From positions 8,249-72,248 of the forward strand of contig CAWDTC010000019.1 of assembly GCA_963805045.1 (NCBI GenBank): DNA of 64,000 nt, given 5' to 3'. The stretch is from Candidatus Aminicenantes bacterium (GTDB lineage Bacteria; Acidobacteriota; Aminicenantia; Aminicenantales; Saccharicenantaceae). The notes beneath the pieces were generated by a model, which did no database searches, was not told the DNA's origin, and saw nothing but the letters and a program-made list of their open reading frames with translations. Made by a program: the position numbers and the translations under genes. The first letter of the stretch is position 1; each line of letters starts with the position of its first letter. Of this stretch, positions 23,722 to 35,074 are shown piece by piece.

Positions 23722-25065
23722 TCAGCGGCGCCTGGGCTTGACCTGGATCGCGGCCAGCCCCGGCTTCTTCTCGCACTCCTTGACGAAATCCTGCTCGCGC
23801 TGGGAGTTGACGTAGTCCGGCGACTGGAAGCGGTAGGAGAAGCGGGTGTGCTCGTCGTACTTGCCCTCGAGGATGGCGATGACGTCCTCGATGTTGACCC
23901 GCTCCTCGTCGGTCGGGATGACGAAGACCTTGACCTTGGAGTCGGCCGCCGAGATCTCGGTCTCGGCGTTGCGCGTCTTGGCCAGCTTGTTCTTGGCCTT
24001 GTCGAGCTTGACCCCCAGGAACTCCAGGCCCTCGAGCGACTTCTCGCGGATGAGGTCGGACATCTCGCCGACGCCGGCGGTGAAGACGATGGCGTCCGCG
24101 CCGCCGATGGCCGCCGAGTAGGCGCCGATGTACTTCTTGATCCGGTAGGACTCGACCTCGATGGCCAGCCGGGCCCGGGCGTCGCCGGCCTCGGCCGCCT
24201 GCTGGACGTCGCGGCGGTCGGTGTACTTGCCGGTGATGCCGAGGAGGCCCGACTTCTTGTTGAGGATGTCGCTCATCTTGGCCGGGGCGGTCCCCTCCTT
24301 CTCCATGACCATGAGGTCGATGGCGGCGTCGTGGTCGCCGGCCCGCGTGCCCATGACCAGGCCCTCGAGGGGGGTCAGGCCCATGCTCGTGTCGAAGGAG
24401 ACGCCGTTCTTGATGGCGTTGGCCGAGACGCCGTTGCCGATGTGGAGGCAGACGAGGTTGCACTTGAAGGGGTCCTTGCCGAGGAGCAGGGCGGCCCGCT
24501 TGGCGACGTAGAGGAACGAGGTCCCGTGGAAGCCGTAGCGGCGGACGCCGTACTTCTCGTACCACTCGTAGGGCAGGGCGTACATGTAGGAACTCGGCGG
24601 CATGGTCTGGTGCCAGGCCGTGTCCATGATGGCGACATGGGGGATCGAGGGCAGGACGTCCATGGCCGCCTCGATGCCCAGGACGTTGGGCGGGTTGTGG
24701 AGAGGGGCCAGGCTGAACAGACTCTTGAAAGTCTCGAGGGTCTCCGGGGTGATCTTGACGGACTTGGTGAACTTCTCGCCGCCGTGGACGACGCGGTGGC
24801 CGACGGCCGAGATCTTGGCCAGGTCGTCGAGGACGCCGATCTTGGGGTCGAGCAGGGTGTCGATGATGAGCTTGATGGCCTCCCGGTGGGTCGGGCATTC
24901 GTGGTCGATCTTGATGGGTTCCCGGCCCAGGCCGGCCTGCTGGATGTAGCTCTTGCCGATGGTCACCCGCTCGACGATGCCGGTGGCCAGCGTTTCCTTC
25001 TTGTCGTAATCGTAAAGGCGGTACTTGGCGGACGAACTCCCGCAGTTCAAAGACAGGATGATCAT
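23722..25065 (-). CDS. ackA: Acetate kinase with a ~45-aa C-terminal extension
   Basis: An internal ATG at 25065, preceded by AAGGAGAG, gives MIILSLNCGSSSAKYRLYD...VGHRVVHGG...LAPLHNP...DTAWHQTMP...YGFHGTSF...HIGNGVSANAIKNG.SFDTSMG.TPLEG..MGTR.GD.D...FTAGVGE... The core ends about ...IPTDEE and is then followed by RVNIEDVIAILEGKYDEHTRFSYRFQSPDYVNSQREQDFVKECEKKPGLAAIQVKPRRR. Confidence 0.9.
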   Translation of the reverse strand: MIILSLNCGSSSAKYRLYDYDKKETLATGIVERVTIGKSYIQQAGLGREPIKIDHECPTHREAIKLIIDTLLDPKIGVLDDLAKISAVGHRVVHGGEKFTKSVKITPETLETFKSLFSLAPLHNPPNVLGIEAAMDVLPSIPHVAIMDTAWHQTMPPSSYMYALPYEWYEKYGVRRYGFHGTSFLYVAKRAALLLGKDPFKCNLVCLHIGNGVSANAIKNGVSFDTSMGLTPLEGLVMGTRAGDHDAAIDLMVMEKEGTAPAKMSDILNKKSGLLGITGKYTDRRDVQQAAEAGDARARLAIEVESYRIKKYIGAYSAAIGGADAIVFTAGVGEMSDLIREKSLEGLEFLGVKLDKAKNKLAKTRNAETEISAADSKVKVFVIPTDEERVNIEDVIAILEGKYDEHTRFSYRFQSPDYVNSQREQDFVKECEKKPGLAAIQVKPRRR

Positions 25066-25151
25066 CGGGCTCTCCTTGAAAAAATGAAGCGTTATTGTCC
25101 CTCCGAACGTCCTCCCTGTCAAGGGCCGAGACCGCCTTTTCGCGTCCCCGG

Positions 25152-25181
25152 TTGACTCGAATTCCTCCCGGGGCATAAGAT
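25152..25181 (+). promoter_or_regulatory. Putative sigma-70 promoter of sucCD
   Basis: TTGACT (25152-25157), an 18-nt spacer, then TAAGAT (25176-25181). The ATG is at 25194. A divergent TTGACA-N17-GACAAT on the minus strand (about 25095-25125) could serve ackA. Confidence 0.4.
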
Positions 25182-25193
25182 AGCCGGGAACCG

Positions 25194-26376
25194 ATGAAGG
25201 TCCACGAGTTCCAGGCCAAGGGGATCCTGGCCCGACACGGCCTCCACGTGCCTCGCGGGGAGCCGGTCGCGACACCGGGCGAGGCCCGGGCGGCGGCCGC
25301 GCGGCTCGGCGGGCGCGTCGTCCTCAAGGCCCAGGTCCACGCCGGCGGCCGCGGCCGGGCCGGCGGCGTCCGCGCCGCGGGCTCGCCGGAGGAGGCCGAA
25401 CGCCTGGCCGCGGAGATGCTCGGCACGACCCTGGTCACGGCCCAAACGGGGCCGGCCGGGAGGATCGTCCGCCGCCTGCTCGTCGAGGAGGCCGTCGAGG
25501 CCGCCCGCGAGCTCTATGTCGGCGCCACCGTCGACCGCTCCCGCGAGGCCGTGGCCGTCATGGCCTCGGCCGGGGGCGGCGTCGACGTCGAGGCCCTCGC
25601 CGTCGAGAAGCCGGAGGCCGTGCTCAGGGAATACGTCCATCCCCTCGCCGGCCTCGAGCTTTTTCAGGCCCGGGCCCTGGCCTTCGGCCTCGGACTCTCG
25701 GGCGACGTCCACAGGCGGGCCGTGACGTCCATCCTCGGGCTGGTCGAAGCCTTCGCCGCGACCGAGGCCTCGCTCGCCGAGGTCAACCCCCTCGCCGTCA
25801 CGGCCTCGGGCGACGTCCTGGCCCTCGACGCCAAGATGGAGTTCGACGACAACGCCCTCCCCCGCCATCCGGACATCCTGGCCCTGCGCGACCTCGACGA
25901 GGAGTCGCCGCTCGAGGTCGAGGCCTCGCGCCACGGCCTCAATTACGTCAGGCTCGAGGGCGACATCGGCTGCCTGGTCAACGGAGCGGGTCTGGCCATG
26001 GCCACCATGGACCTCATCCGCCTCGAGGGCGGCCGGCCGGCCAATTTCCTGGACGTCGGCGGAGGCGTCAAGGAGGAGGCCGTGGGGCGGCGCCTTCCGC
26101 ATCCTCGTCTCCGACCCTGAGATCAAGGCCGTCGTGATCAATATCTTCGGCGGCATCGTCCGCTGCGACCTCGTCGCCGCGGGCATCGTCAAGGCGGCCC
26201 GCGAGGCCGGGACGCCGCTCCCCGTCGTCATCCGTCTCGAGGGGACGAACGCCGAAGAAGGGCGCGCCATCCTCCGGGAGTCGGGGCTGGCCTTTCATCC
26301 GGCCGAGGGCATGAAGGAGGCCGCGGAGCTGGCCGTGGCCCTGGCCGCGGGCCGGGGGAGTCGGGGGAAGCCATGA
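25194..26376 (+). CDS. sucC: Succinyl-CoA synthetase (ADP-forming) beta subunit (frame change near 26085)
   Basis: The N-terminus is [20 protein letters not shown], an ATP-grasp domain. It continues ...[15 protein letters not shown]...NPL...[12 protein letters not shown]...[23 protein letters not shown]...[13 protein letters not shown]. The sequence then continues in the next frame as [32 protein letters not shown]... Confidence 0.85.
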
Positions 26377-27251
26377 GCATCCTCATCGACGAGAGAACGC
26401 GGGTCATCGTCCAGGGCCTGACCGGGACCGAGGGGAGCTTTCACGCCGGGCGCATGATCGAATACGGCACCCGCGTCGTGGCCGGGGTCACGCCCGGCAA
26501 GGGCGGCACGACCCACCTCGGCCGCCCCGTCTTCGACACCGTGGCCGCGGCCGTGCGGGCCGAGGGCGCCGACACGTCGATCGTCTTCGTCCCGCCGTTC
26601 TCCGCCGCCGACGCCATCCTGGAGGCGGCCGGGGCGGGCGTCCGGCTCATCGTCTGCATCACGGAGGGCATCCCGACCCTGGACATGATCAGGGTCAAGG
26701 CCCTCCTCCGGGAAACCGGGGCGGCCCTCGTCGGGCCGAACACGCCGGGCGTCATCTCGCCCGGCAAGTCCAAGGTCGGCATCATGCCCGGCCCCATCCA
26801 CAAGCGGGGCCCGGTCGGCATCATCTCGCGGTCCGGGACGCTGACCTACGAGGCCGTGGCCCAGGTCACCCGCGAGGGCCTGGGCCAGTCGACGGCCGTG
26901 GGCATCGGCGGCGACCCCATCGTCGGGCTGAAGTTCGTCGACCTGCTCGGGCTCTTCAAGAACGACCCGGAGACCGAGGCCGTCATCCTCATCGGCGAGA
27001 TCGGCGGCACGGCCGAGGAGGAGGCGGCCGCCTACATCGCGCAGGGCTTCCCGAAGCCCGTCGTCGGCTTCATCGCCGGCCAGACCGCCCCGCCCGGCCG
27101 GCGGATGGGACACGCCGGCGCCATCATCGCCGGCGGCCACGGCACGGCCGGGGAAAAGATGGCCGCCCTCCGCGCCGCGGGCGTCCTCGTCGTGGACAGC
27201 CCGGCGGAGATCGGGGCCGTGGTCCGCGCCGCGTTGGCGCGGCGGGACTGA
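26373..27251 (+). CDS. sucD: Succinyl-CoA synthetase alpha subunit
   Basis: This is an intact 292-aa ORF: [34 protein letters not shown]...ITEGIP...GPNTPGVI...SRSGTLTYE...GIGGDP...MGHAGAII, with the phospho-His loop. The start overlaps the sucC stop. Confidence 0.95.
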   Translation: MSILIDERTRVIVQGLTGTEGSFHAGRMIEYGTRVVAGVTPGKGGTTHLGRPVFDTVAAAVRAEGADTSIVFVPPFSAADAILEAAGAGVRLIVCITEGIPTLDMIRVKALLRETGAALVGPNTPGVISPGKSKVGIMPGPIHKRGPVGIISRSGTLTYEAVAQVTREGLGQSTAVGIGGDPIVGLKFVDLLGLFKNDPETEAVILIGEIGGTAEEEAAAYIAQGFPKPVVGFIAGQTAPPGRRMGHAGAIIAGGHGTAGEKMAALRAAGVLVVDSPAEIGAVVRAALARRD

Positions 27252-27261
27252 CAAGGCAGGG

Positions 27262-27289
27262 TTGAATTCTCGACCGTTCTTTCTATATA
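27262..27289 (+). promoter_or_regulatory. Putative sigma-70 promoter of pta
   Basis: TTGAAT (27262-27267), a 16-nt spacer, then TATATA (27284-27289). The RBS GAAGGAG lies about 8 nt before the ATG at 27326. Confidence 0.45.
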
Positions 27290-27325
27290 CTCCCCTCTCT
27301 CGAAACCGCGAAGAAGGAGTCATCC

Positions 27326-28303
27326 ATGGCCAATACCTTCATCCAGGACATCCGCCAAAAGGCCGCGAAGAAGAACCTCCGGGTCGCCTTCCCCGACGCC
27401 GAGGACGTTCGGACGCTCAAGGCCGCCCTCGCCCTCAGGGACGGGAAGATCGCCCAGCCCGAACTTGTCGGGAACCCCGAAGCCATCCTCAAGATCGCCA
27501 AGGACAACGGGCTCGCCCTGGACGGCATCCCCGTCGTCAACCCGCTCACGGACGCGGGCAAGGCCGAGCTCGTCAACCTCCTCTTCGAGAGGCGCAAGGC
27601 CAAGGGCTGGACGCTCGAGCAGGCCGCCGAAGCCGCGAAGACGCCCCTCTACTACGCCGGTCTGCTCCTCGCCACCGGCAGGGTCGGGGCCGTCGTCGGC
27701 GGCAACCTCTCCTCGACCGGCGACGTCATCCGGGCCGCCATCCACACCGTGGGCACGGCGCCGGGCATCTCGACCGTCTCGAGCTACTTCATCATGGTCT
27801 TCCCGGAGAGGCTCCTTTGCTATGCCGACTGCGCCGTCGTCCCCAACCCGACCGACGCCCAGCTCGCCGACATCGCCATCACCTCGGCCAAGAACTTCCA
27901 GGCCGTGACGGGCGAGGAGCCGCGCGTGGCCATGCTCTCGTTCTCGACCAAGGGCTCGGCCGCGCACGCCGACGTCGACAAGGTCGTGAGCGCGACGAAG
28001 ATCGCCCGGGAGAAGGCGCCCAAGCTCCTGCTCGACGGCGAGATGCAGGCGGACGCCGCCCTCGTCGCCTCGGTCGGCGAGCGGAAGTGCAAGGGCAGCC
28101 CCGTCGCAGGCCGAGCCAACGTCCTCATCTTTCCGGACCTCGACGCCGGCAACATCGGCTACAAGCTGACCGAGCGCCTGGCCGGGGCCGAGGCCGTCGG
28201 GCCGATCGTCCAGGGCCTCAACAAGCCCTTCTGCGACCTCAGCCGCGGCTGCTCCCCCGACGACATGGTCAACGTCGCCGCGATTTGCAGCCTCATGGCT
28301 TAA
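27326..28303 (+). CDS. pta: Phosphate acetyltransferase (short PTA_PTB form)
   Basis: This is an intact 325-aa ORF: ...RVAFPDAEDVRTLKAA...YYAGLLLATG.V.AVVGG...TVSSYFIM...YADCAVVPNP...LSFSTKGSA...LDGEMQADAAL...ANVLIFPDLDAGNIGYKL.ERL...GP..QGL.KP..DLSRGC. Confidence 0.9.
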   Translation: MANTFIQDIRQKAAKKNLRVAFPDAEDVRTLKAALALRDGKIAQPELVGNPEAILKIAKDNGLALDGIPVVNPLTDAGKAELVNLLFERRKAKGWTLEQAAEAAKTPLYYAGLLLATGRVGAVVGGNLSSTGDVIRAAIHTVGTAPGISTVSSYFIMVFPERLLCYADCAVVPNPTDAQLADIAITSAKNFQAVTGEEPRVAMLSFSTKGSAAHADVDKVVSATKIAREKAPKLLLDGEMQADAALVASVGERKCKGSPVAGRANVLIFPDLDAGNIGYKLTERLAGAEAVGPIVQGLNKPFCDLSRGCSPDDMVNVAAICSLMA

Positions 28304-28340
28304 GGGGCTGGAGGCAGTCCCGAGTTTCGAGGGGCAGCCT

Positions 28341-28412
28341 GAGGGGCCTCGGGGATTGGCCGGAGCGTCATGTGCGGTTTAGCGCAAACCGCACTCTGGA
28401 GTGGAGGCCATC
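28341..28412 (+). repeat. Copy C of the ~85-nt palindromic element family
   Basis: The sequence is GAGGGGCCTCGGGGATTGGCCGGAGCGTCATGTGCGGTTTAGCGCAAACCGCACTCTGGAGTGGAGGCCATCTCCGACGCC. It lies between the convergent 3' ends of pta and the DUF2156 gene. Confidence 0.85.
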
Positions 28413-28435
28413 TCCGACGCCCCCCGAGAGAAACA

Positions 28436-29311
28436 GTTAGGGTTTGTAAAGGTTGTACTTCTTGACGAGATGGTCGGGCTGGTAGGAGAGCTTGGCCTTG
28501 CGCAGGCCGGGGACGCCGACATCCTGCTCGCGGTTGATGAGCCGGACGTCGGGCCACTCCCGGCGGACGAACTCCCGGTTGATCCACTGAGCCAGGCCGG
28601 GGAAGGCCGGGTTGGCGATCTCGATCTGGATGACGGCCGTATCGGCGGTGAGCCTGCGTGCCGATGGTGAAGGCCTCGACCCGGCCCGCGACGGTGACGA
28701 CCGCGCCGACGAGGCCGAGGTCCTCGAACAGGGCCAGGGCCTCGAGGATGGCGTCCTTCTCCGCCTTCATGTACGGGTCGCCGTTCCCCTTTTCCTCGAA
28801 CCATTGGAAGAGCAGGCGGCGGCAGTCGTCGGCGTGCTCGCGGCAGAGGCGCTCGTAGGCGTGGGCGAACGAGGACTCGAACTTCCGGATGCGGTTGCGC
28901 TTGCCGTCGAACTTCTTGCCCTTGAGCTCGGCCAGGTCCTCCCGGAGATAGACGTAATCGAAGTTGTCGCGGTCCTCCTCGACGCGGAAGGACGCGCCGT
29001 GGGCCCGGACGAACGCCTCCGGCACGCGCGACAGGCGCGGGGCGTGGGCGAGGCAGGCCGTAACCGTCCTCTCGACCTCGGTCCCGCCCGACGGGCGGCA
29101 GGAAATAGGCCGGCTCGAAGGTCGGCTCGACGAGGACGCAGAGGTTCCCGTTGAGGATCGTGTAGCGCGGCCGCTCCGAGCCCTTCCAGATGAGGATGTT
29201 CGGGAAATTCAGCTCGCAGACCTCCGACGGGTGGGCGTCGAGGAAACCGTCGATGACGCCGCGGTCCTCGGGGCCGACGGGCTTGAAATCGGGGTATTGA
29301 GGAGGGTTCAT
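28436..29311 (-). CDS. DUF2156 (MprF C-terminal, lysyl-PG-synthase-like dupli-GNAT) domain protein (frame changes near 28650 and 29095)
   Basis: The protein is joined from three frames. The first part is MNPPQYPDFKPVGPEDRGVIDGFLDAHPSEVCELNFPNILIWKGSERPRYTILNGNLCVLVEP. The second is ...RVPEAFVRAHGASFRVEEDRDNFDYVYLREDLAELKGKKFDGKRNRIRKFE...GDPYMKAEKDAILEAL. The third is LTADTAVIQIEIANPAFPGLAQWINREFVRREWPDVRLINREQDVGVPGLRKAKLSYQPDHLVKKYNLYKP. The motifs NF.Y...DL..L.G.K...KRN and E..D.GL...K.SY are as I remember them for DUF2156. Confidence 0.65.
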
Positions 29312-29728
29312 GACACCTTTCTCAGGAGGACGGTGCATCGCCGCTGGTCGCAGCCGTCGCACCAGGCCGTCTTCCGCTTCTCGACGAAGGTCCGGGGCAC
29401 GTCCGGCGCCCGCTCGAAGCCGAGGGCCTCGAAGAAGGCGGGGATGACGGTGGCCAGGTGGACCGTGGCCGCGCGCCTCCGCCATCAGGGCTCCGACGAG
29501 GGCCTTGGCGATCCCCTTCCCGCGCTCGGACGGCGCGACGCCGAGGCTGCAGAGCTCCAGGCAGTCGGGGTGCTTTTTCAGGGCGACGAGGCCGACGATC
29601 CGGCCGTCCTTCCCCTCCTCCGCCACCCAGAGCCGGTCCTTCTCCATGCCGGGATAGTCGAGGCCGAGGGACTTGGCCAATTCGACGATCGCGGGGATGT
29701 CGGCCTCTCCGGCTCTTCGGACGCGCAT
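29308..29728 (-). CDS. Short ArgA-like GNAT N-acetyltransferase with a C-terminal Cys cluster (frame change near 29470)
   Basis: The protein reads MRVRRAGEADIPAIVELA...IVGLVALKKHPDCLELCSLGVAPSERGKGIAKALVGALMAEAR|ATVHLATVIPAFFEALGFERAPDVPRTFVEKRKTAWCDGCDQRRCTVLLRKVS. It has the GNAT Q/R-x-x-G-x-G/A loop. Its stop overlaps the ATG of the DUF2156 gene (ATGA). Confidence 0.7.
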
Positions 29729-29783
29729 AGGCGTCTTATTATAGCAGAATCCTCCCCCGCCCCGAAGGGACCCGGCGTTCATC

Positions 29784-29812
29784 TTGACACGGCCCATTTC
29801 GGGCTGTAATAT
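29784..29812 (+). promoter_or_regulatory. Putative sigma-70 promoter of buk-ptb
   Basis: TTGACA (29784-29789), a 17-nt spacer, then TAATAT (29807-29812). It lies 22 nt before the ATG at 29834. Confidence 0.5.
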
Positions 29813-29833
29813 CACCTTCTTCCCAGGTCGACC

Positions 29834-30901
29834 ATGCTGTTGTTGATCATCAATCCGGGCTCGACATCGACCAAGATCGCCGTCTACGAGGACGAACGCG
29901 AGGTCCTGTCCGAGAATATCTCCCATTCCGCCGAGGAGCTGGCGCCTTTTCCCAAGATCGTCGACCAGAAGGGCTTCCGGAAGGACATCATCCTCAAGGC
30001 CCTCGAAAAGAAGGACGTCAAGCCGGCGGCTCTCGCGGCCGTCATCGGCCGGGGAGGCCTCCTCTATCCCATCCCGAGCGGCGTCTACCGGGTCAACGAC
30101 AGGATGCTCGAGGACCTTTACAAAGGCGTCCAGGGAGAGCACGCCTCGAACCTGGGCGGGCTGATCGCCGACGAGATCGCCCGTCCGTTGGGCATCCCCG
30201 CCTTCATCGTCGACCCCGTCGTCGTGGACGAATTCGATGATTGGGCCCGGCTGAGCGGCGTGCCGGAGATCCGGCGCCGCAGCATCTTCCACGCCCTGAA
30301 CCACAAGTACTCGGCCCGCCTGGCCGCCCGGGAACTCGGCAAGAGCTACGAGTCGGTGAACCTCATCGTCTGCCATCTCGGCGGAGGGATCTCGATCGGC
30401 GTCCACCGGCAGGGGCGGGTCGTGGACGTCAACAACGCCCTGAACGGCGAAGGGCCCATCGCCCCGGAGCGGGCCGGGACCGTGCCCGCGGGCGACCTCG
30501 TCGCCCTGGCCTTCTCGGGCAAGTACGCGGAAGGGGACCTCAGGAAGATGCTGACCGGCCGGGGCGGGATGGTCGCCCACCTCAAGACGAACGACATGCG
30601 GGAGACGCTCAAGCGCATCGCCGGGGGCGACAAGCAGGCGGAGCTCGTCTTCACGGCCATGGTCATGACCGTGGCCAAGCAGGTCGGGGCCTGCGCCGCG
30701 GTCCTCAAGGGCCGCGTGGACGGGATCGTCCTGAGCGGCGGGCTGGCCTACTCGACCGAGTTCATCGACAGGATCAAGGAGTGCATCGGATTCCTCGGAC
30801 CCGTCTTCGTCTTCCCCGGCGAGAACGAGATGGTCGCGCTGGCCCAGGCCGGCCTGCGCGTGATGCGGGGCGAGGAAACGCCACGGACCTATCCGGCCTG
30901 A
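29834..30901 (+). CDS. buk: Butyrate kinase
   Basis: This is an intact 355-aa ORF: LLIINPGSTSTKIAVY...GRGGLL.PI.SGVY.VN..M...L....GEHASNLG..IA...A...GIPAFIVDPVVVDE...ARLSG.PEI.R.SIFHALN.K...LIVCHLGGGIS.G.H..GRVVDVNNAL.GEGP..PER.G. Confidence 0.9.
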   Translation: MLLLIINPGSTSTKIAVYEDEREVLSENISHSAEELAPFPKIVDQKGFRKDIILKALEKKDVKPAALAAVIGRGGLLYPIPSGVYRVNDRMLEDLYKGVQGEHASNLGGLIADEIARPLGIPAFIVDPVVVDEFDDWARLSGVPEIRRRSIFHALNHKYSARLAARELGKSYESVNLIVCHLGGGISIGVHRQGRVVDVNNALNGEGPIAPERAGTVPAGDLVALAFSGKYAEGDLRKMLTGRGGMVAHLKTNDMRETLKRIAGGDKQAELVFTAMVMTVAKQVGACAAVLKGRVDGIVLSGGLAYSTEFIDRIKECIGFLGPVFVFPGENEMVALAQAGLRVMRGEETPRTYPA

Positions 30902-30927
30902 CCCATCCGGAACCGAAGGGAGCCATC

Positions 30928-31827
30928 ATGATCACGACCCTCGATCAAATCGTCGACCGCGTCAAGGGCACCCCCACCAAGCGGCTGGCCGTGGCCGTCG
31001 CGGAGGACCCCCATACCATCGAGGCCGTCGGCCGCGCCGTCAAGGAGAAGCTGGTCAAGGCCGTCGTGACCGGGGACGAGAAGGCCATCAAGAAGGTCGC
31101 CGCGGAGAACAAGGTCGACCCGGGCCTCTTCGAGATCGTCCACGAGCCCGACAAGGCCAAGGCCTTGTCCCTGGCCATCGGCAAGGTCCGCTCGGGCGAG
31201 GCGGATTTCCTGATGAAGGGCCTGCTCGATTCCTCCATCTATATCCGCGGCATCATCGACAAGGAGAAGGGGCTGCTGCCGCCCGGAAAGCTCCTCTCCC
31301 ACGTCACGGTCATCCAGGTCCCGGCCTGGAAGAAGCTCATCATCTGCGGCGACGTGGCCGTCATCCCCGCCCCGGACCTCGAGGCGAAGATCGCCATCCT
31401 GAACTACTGCATCGACGTCGCCCACAAGCTCGGCATCGACAAGCCCAAGGCCGTCCTCCTCTCGGCGGTCGAGAAGGTCAACCCCAAGATGCCCTCGACG
31501 ACGGAATCGGCCATCATCGCCAAGATGGCCGACCGCGGCCAGGTCAAGGGCGCCATCGTCGACGGGCCGCTGGCCCTGGACGTGGCCTTCAGCGAGGAGA
31601 GCGCCCGGATCAAGGGCATCCAGTCGCCGGTCGCCGGGGACGCCGACATCCTGGTCTTCCCCAGCATCGAGGCGGGCAACATCTTCTTCAAGGCGTCGAC
31701 CTACCTGGCCAAGGGGGAGCTGGCGGCCGTCGTGGCCGGGGCCAAGTGCCCCTGCGTCCTGACGTCGCGCGGGGATTCCGAAGATACCAAGTTCTACTCG
31801 ATCGCCCTCGCGTCGCTCCTGACCTAG
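30928..31827 (+). CDS. ptb: Phosphate butyryltransferase
   Basis: An internal ATG at 30928 gives MITTLDQIVDRVKGTPTKRLAVAVAEDPHTIEAV...GEADFLMKGLLDSS...LSHV...VIPAP.LE.K..I......VA..LGI..PKVA.LSAVE.VNPKMPST..A....KM...GQ..GA.VDGPLALD.A.S......KGI.S.VAG.ADIL.FP.IE.GNI. Confidence 0.9.
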   Translation: MITTLDQIVDRVKGTPTKRLAVAVAEDPHTIEAVGRAVKEKLVKAVVTGDEKAIKKVAAENKVDPGLFEIVHEPDKAKALSLAIGKVRSGEADFLMKGLLDSSIYIRGIIDKEKGLLPPGKLLSHVTVIQVPAWKKLIICGDVAVIPAPDLEAKIAILNYCIDVAHKLGIDKPKAVLLSAVEKVNPKMPSTTESAIIAKMADRGQVKGAIVDGPLALDVAFSEESARIKGIQSPVAGDADILVFPSIEAGNIFFKASTYLAKGELAAVVAGAKCPCVLTSRGDSEDTKFYSIALASLLT

Positions 31828-31886
31828 CGTCCAGAGAGGTCGACGGTTCAGATCATTTAAGCCCCCGTCTTATCTCCGCGCTCTCA

Positions 31887-31915
31887 TTGACAGCCTCCTC
31901 CCGTTCCATTATAGT
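31887..31915 (+). promoter_or_regulatory. Putative sigma-70 promoter of the BNR-propeller gene
   Basis: TTGACA (31887-31892), a 17-nt spacer, then TATAGT (31910-31915). The RBS GGAGAGGAGA lies before the ATG at 31947. Confidence 0.5.
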
Positions 31916-31946
31916 TGGGGGCAATCCGTCGGAGAGGAGAAGACGC

Positions 31947-34359
<2,413 letters not shown>

Positions 34360-34363
34360 CGGC

Positions 34364-34963
34364 GTGAGGCGCGAGGGCGGCTCCGGGCCGGGCGCGACGT
34401 CCGGCCGGACGATGGTCATCGAAGGAGTGGGGCCCGTCCGCTTCGAGAAGAGCCGGCGGGCCCGGCGGGTCTCGGTCACGGTTAGGGCATCGAAGGGCGT
34501 TCGGGTCGCCTTCCCCTGGCGGGTCTCTTTCGACGAGGCCGGGCGCCTCGCGGCCAAAAAAAGCGTCTGGATGCGCCGGACGCTGGCCCGTATCGAGCGG
34601 GCCCGCGAGCGCTGCCGGGAGGCGGTCGACGCGGCCGAGGCCCTCGACCGCCGGGCGGCCCGGGCGCGGCTCGCCGGGCGGCTGGACGCCCTGGCCGCCG
34701 AGCACGGCTACGCGTACCGGCGGTTGAGCGTGAGGACGCAGGGGACCCTCTGGGGGAGCGCCTCCCCCTCCGGCGGAATCCAGCTCAACGCCCACCTCGT
34801 TGTCCTGCCCCAGGAGCTCGCCGATTACGTCATCCTCCACGAGCTCGTCCATACGCGCGTCCGGGGCCACGGACCGGCCTTCTGGGCCGAGCTCGAGCGC
34901 CGTGTCCCCGACGCCCGCCGCCGCCAGGCCCGGCTCCGCGAGTATTCGCTGGCGCTGTTTTGA
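34364..34963 (+). CDS. DUF45/YgjP-like (M48/WLM-type) zinc metallohydrolase
   Basis: This is an intact 199-aa ORF. Its C-terminal region WGSASPSGGIQLNAHLVVLPQELADYVILHELVHTRVRGHGPAFW contains HExxH (HELVH) in the usual DUF45 context. Confidence 0.75.
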   Translation: MRREGGSGPGATSGRTMVIEGVGPVRFEKSRRARRVSVTVRASKGVRVAFPWRVSFDEAGRLAAKKSVWMRRTLARIERARERCREAVDAAEALDRRAARARLAGRLDALAAEHGYAYRRLSVRTQGTLWGSASPSGGIQLNAHLVVLPQELADYVILHELVHTRVRGHGPAFWAELERRVPDARRRQARLREYSLALF

Positions 34964-35074
34964 GGAGGGCGCGGGGGCCGGGGCCGTCCATCGAAAGGTC
35001 CTCCCCACGATGAACCTCTCGCGGCGCATGTCCGTAGTATTTAGCATGGGAAATCATCGCCGAGAGGAGAGATC

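Noticed and set aside
22163-25438. The 1091-aa minus-strand ORF spanning antisense-PTP, the AI-2E transporter, ackA and upstream sequence.
   Set aside because: Only the central part (22633-23674) is coherent membrane-protein sequence. ackA is in another frame (ORF 23722-25275). The remainder is Arg-rich shadow sequence.
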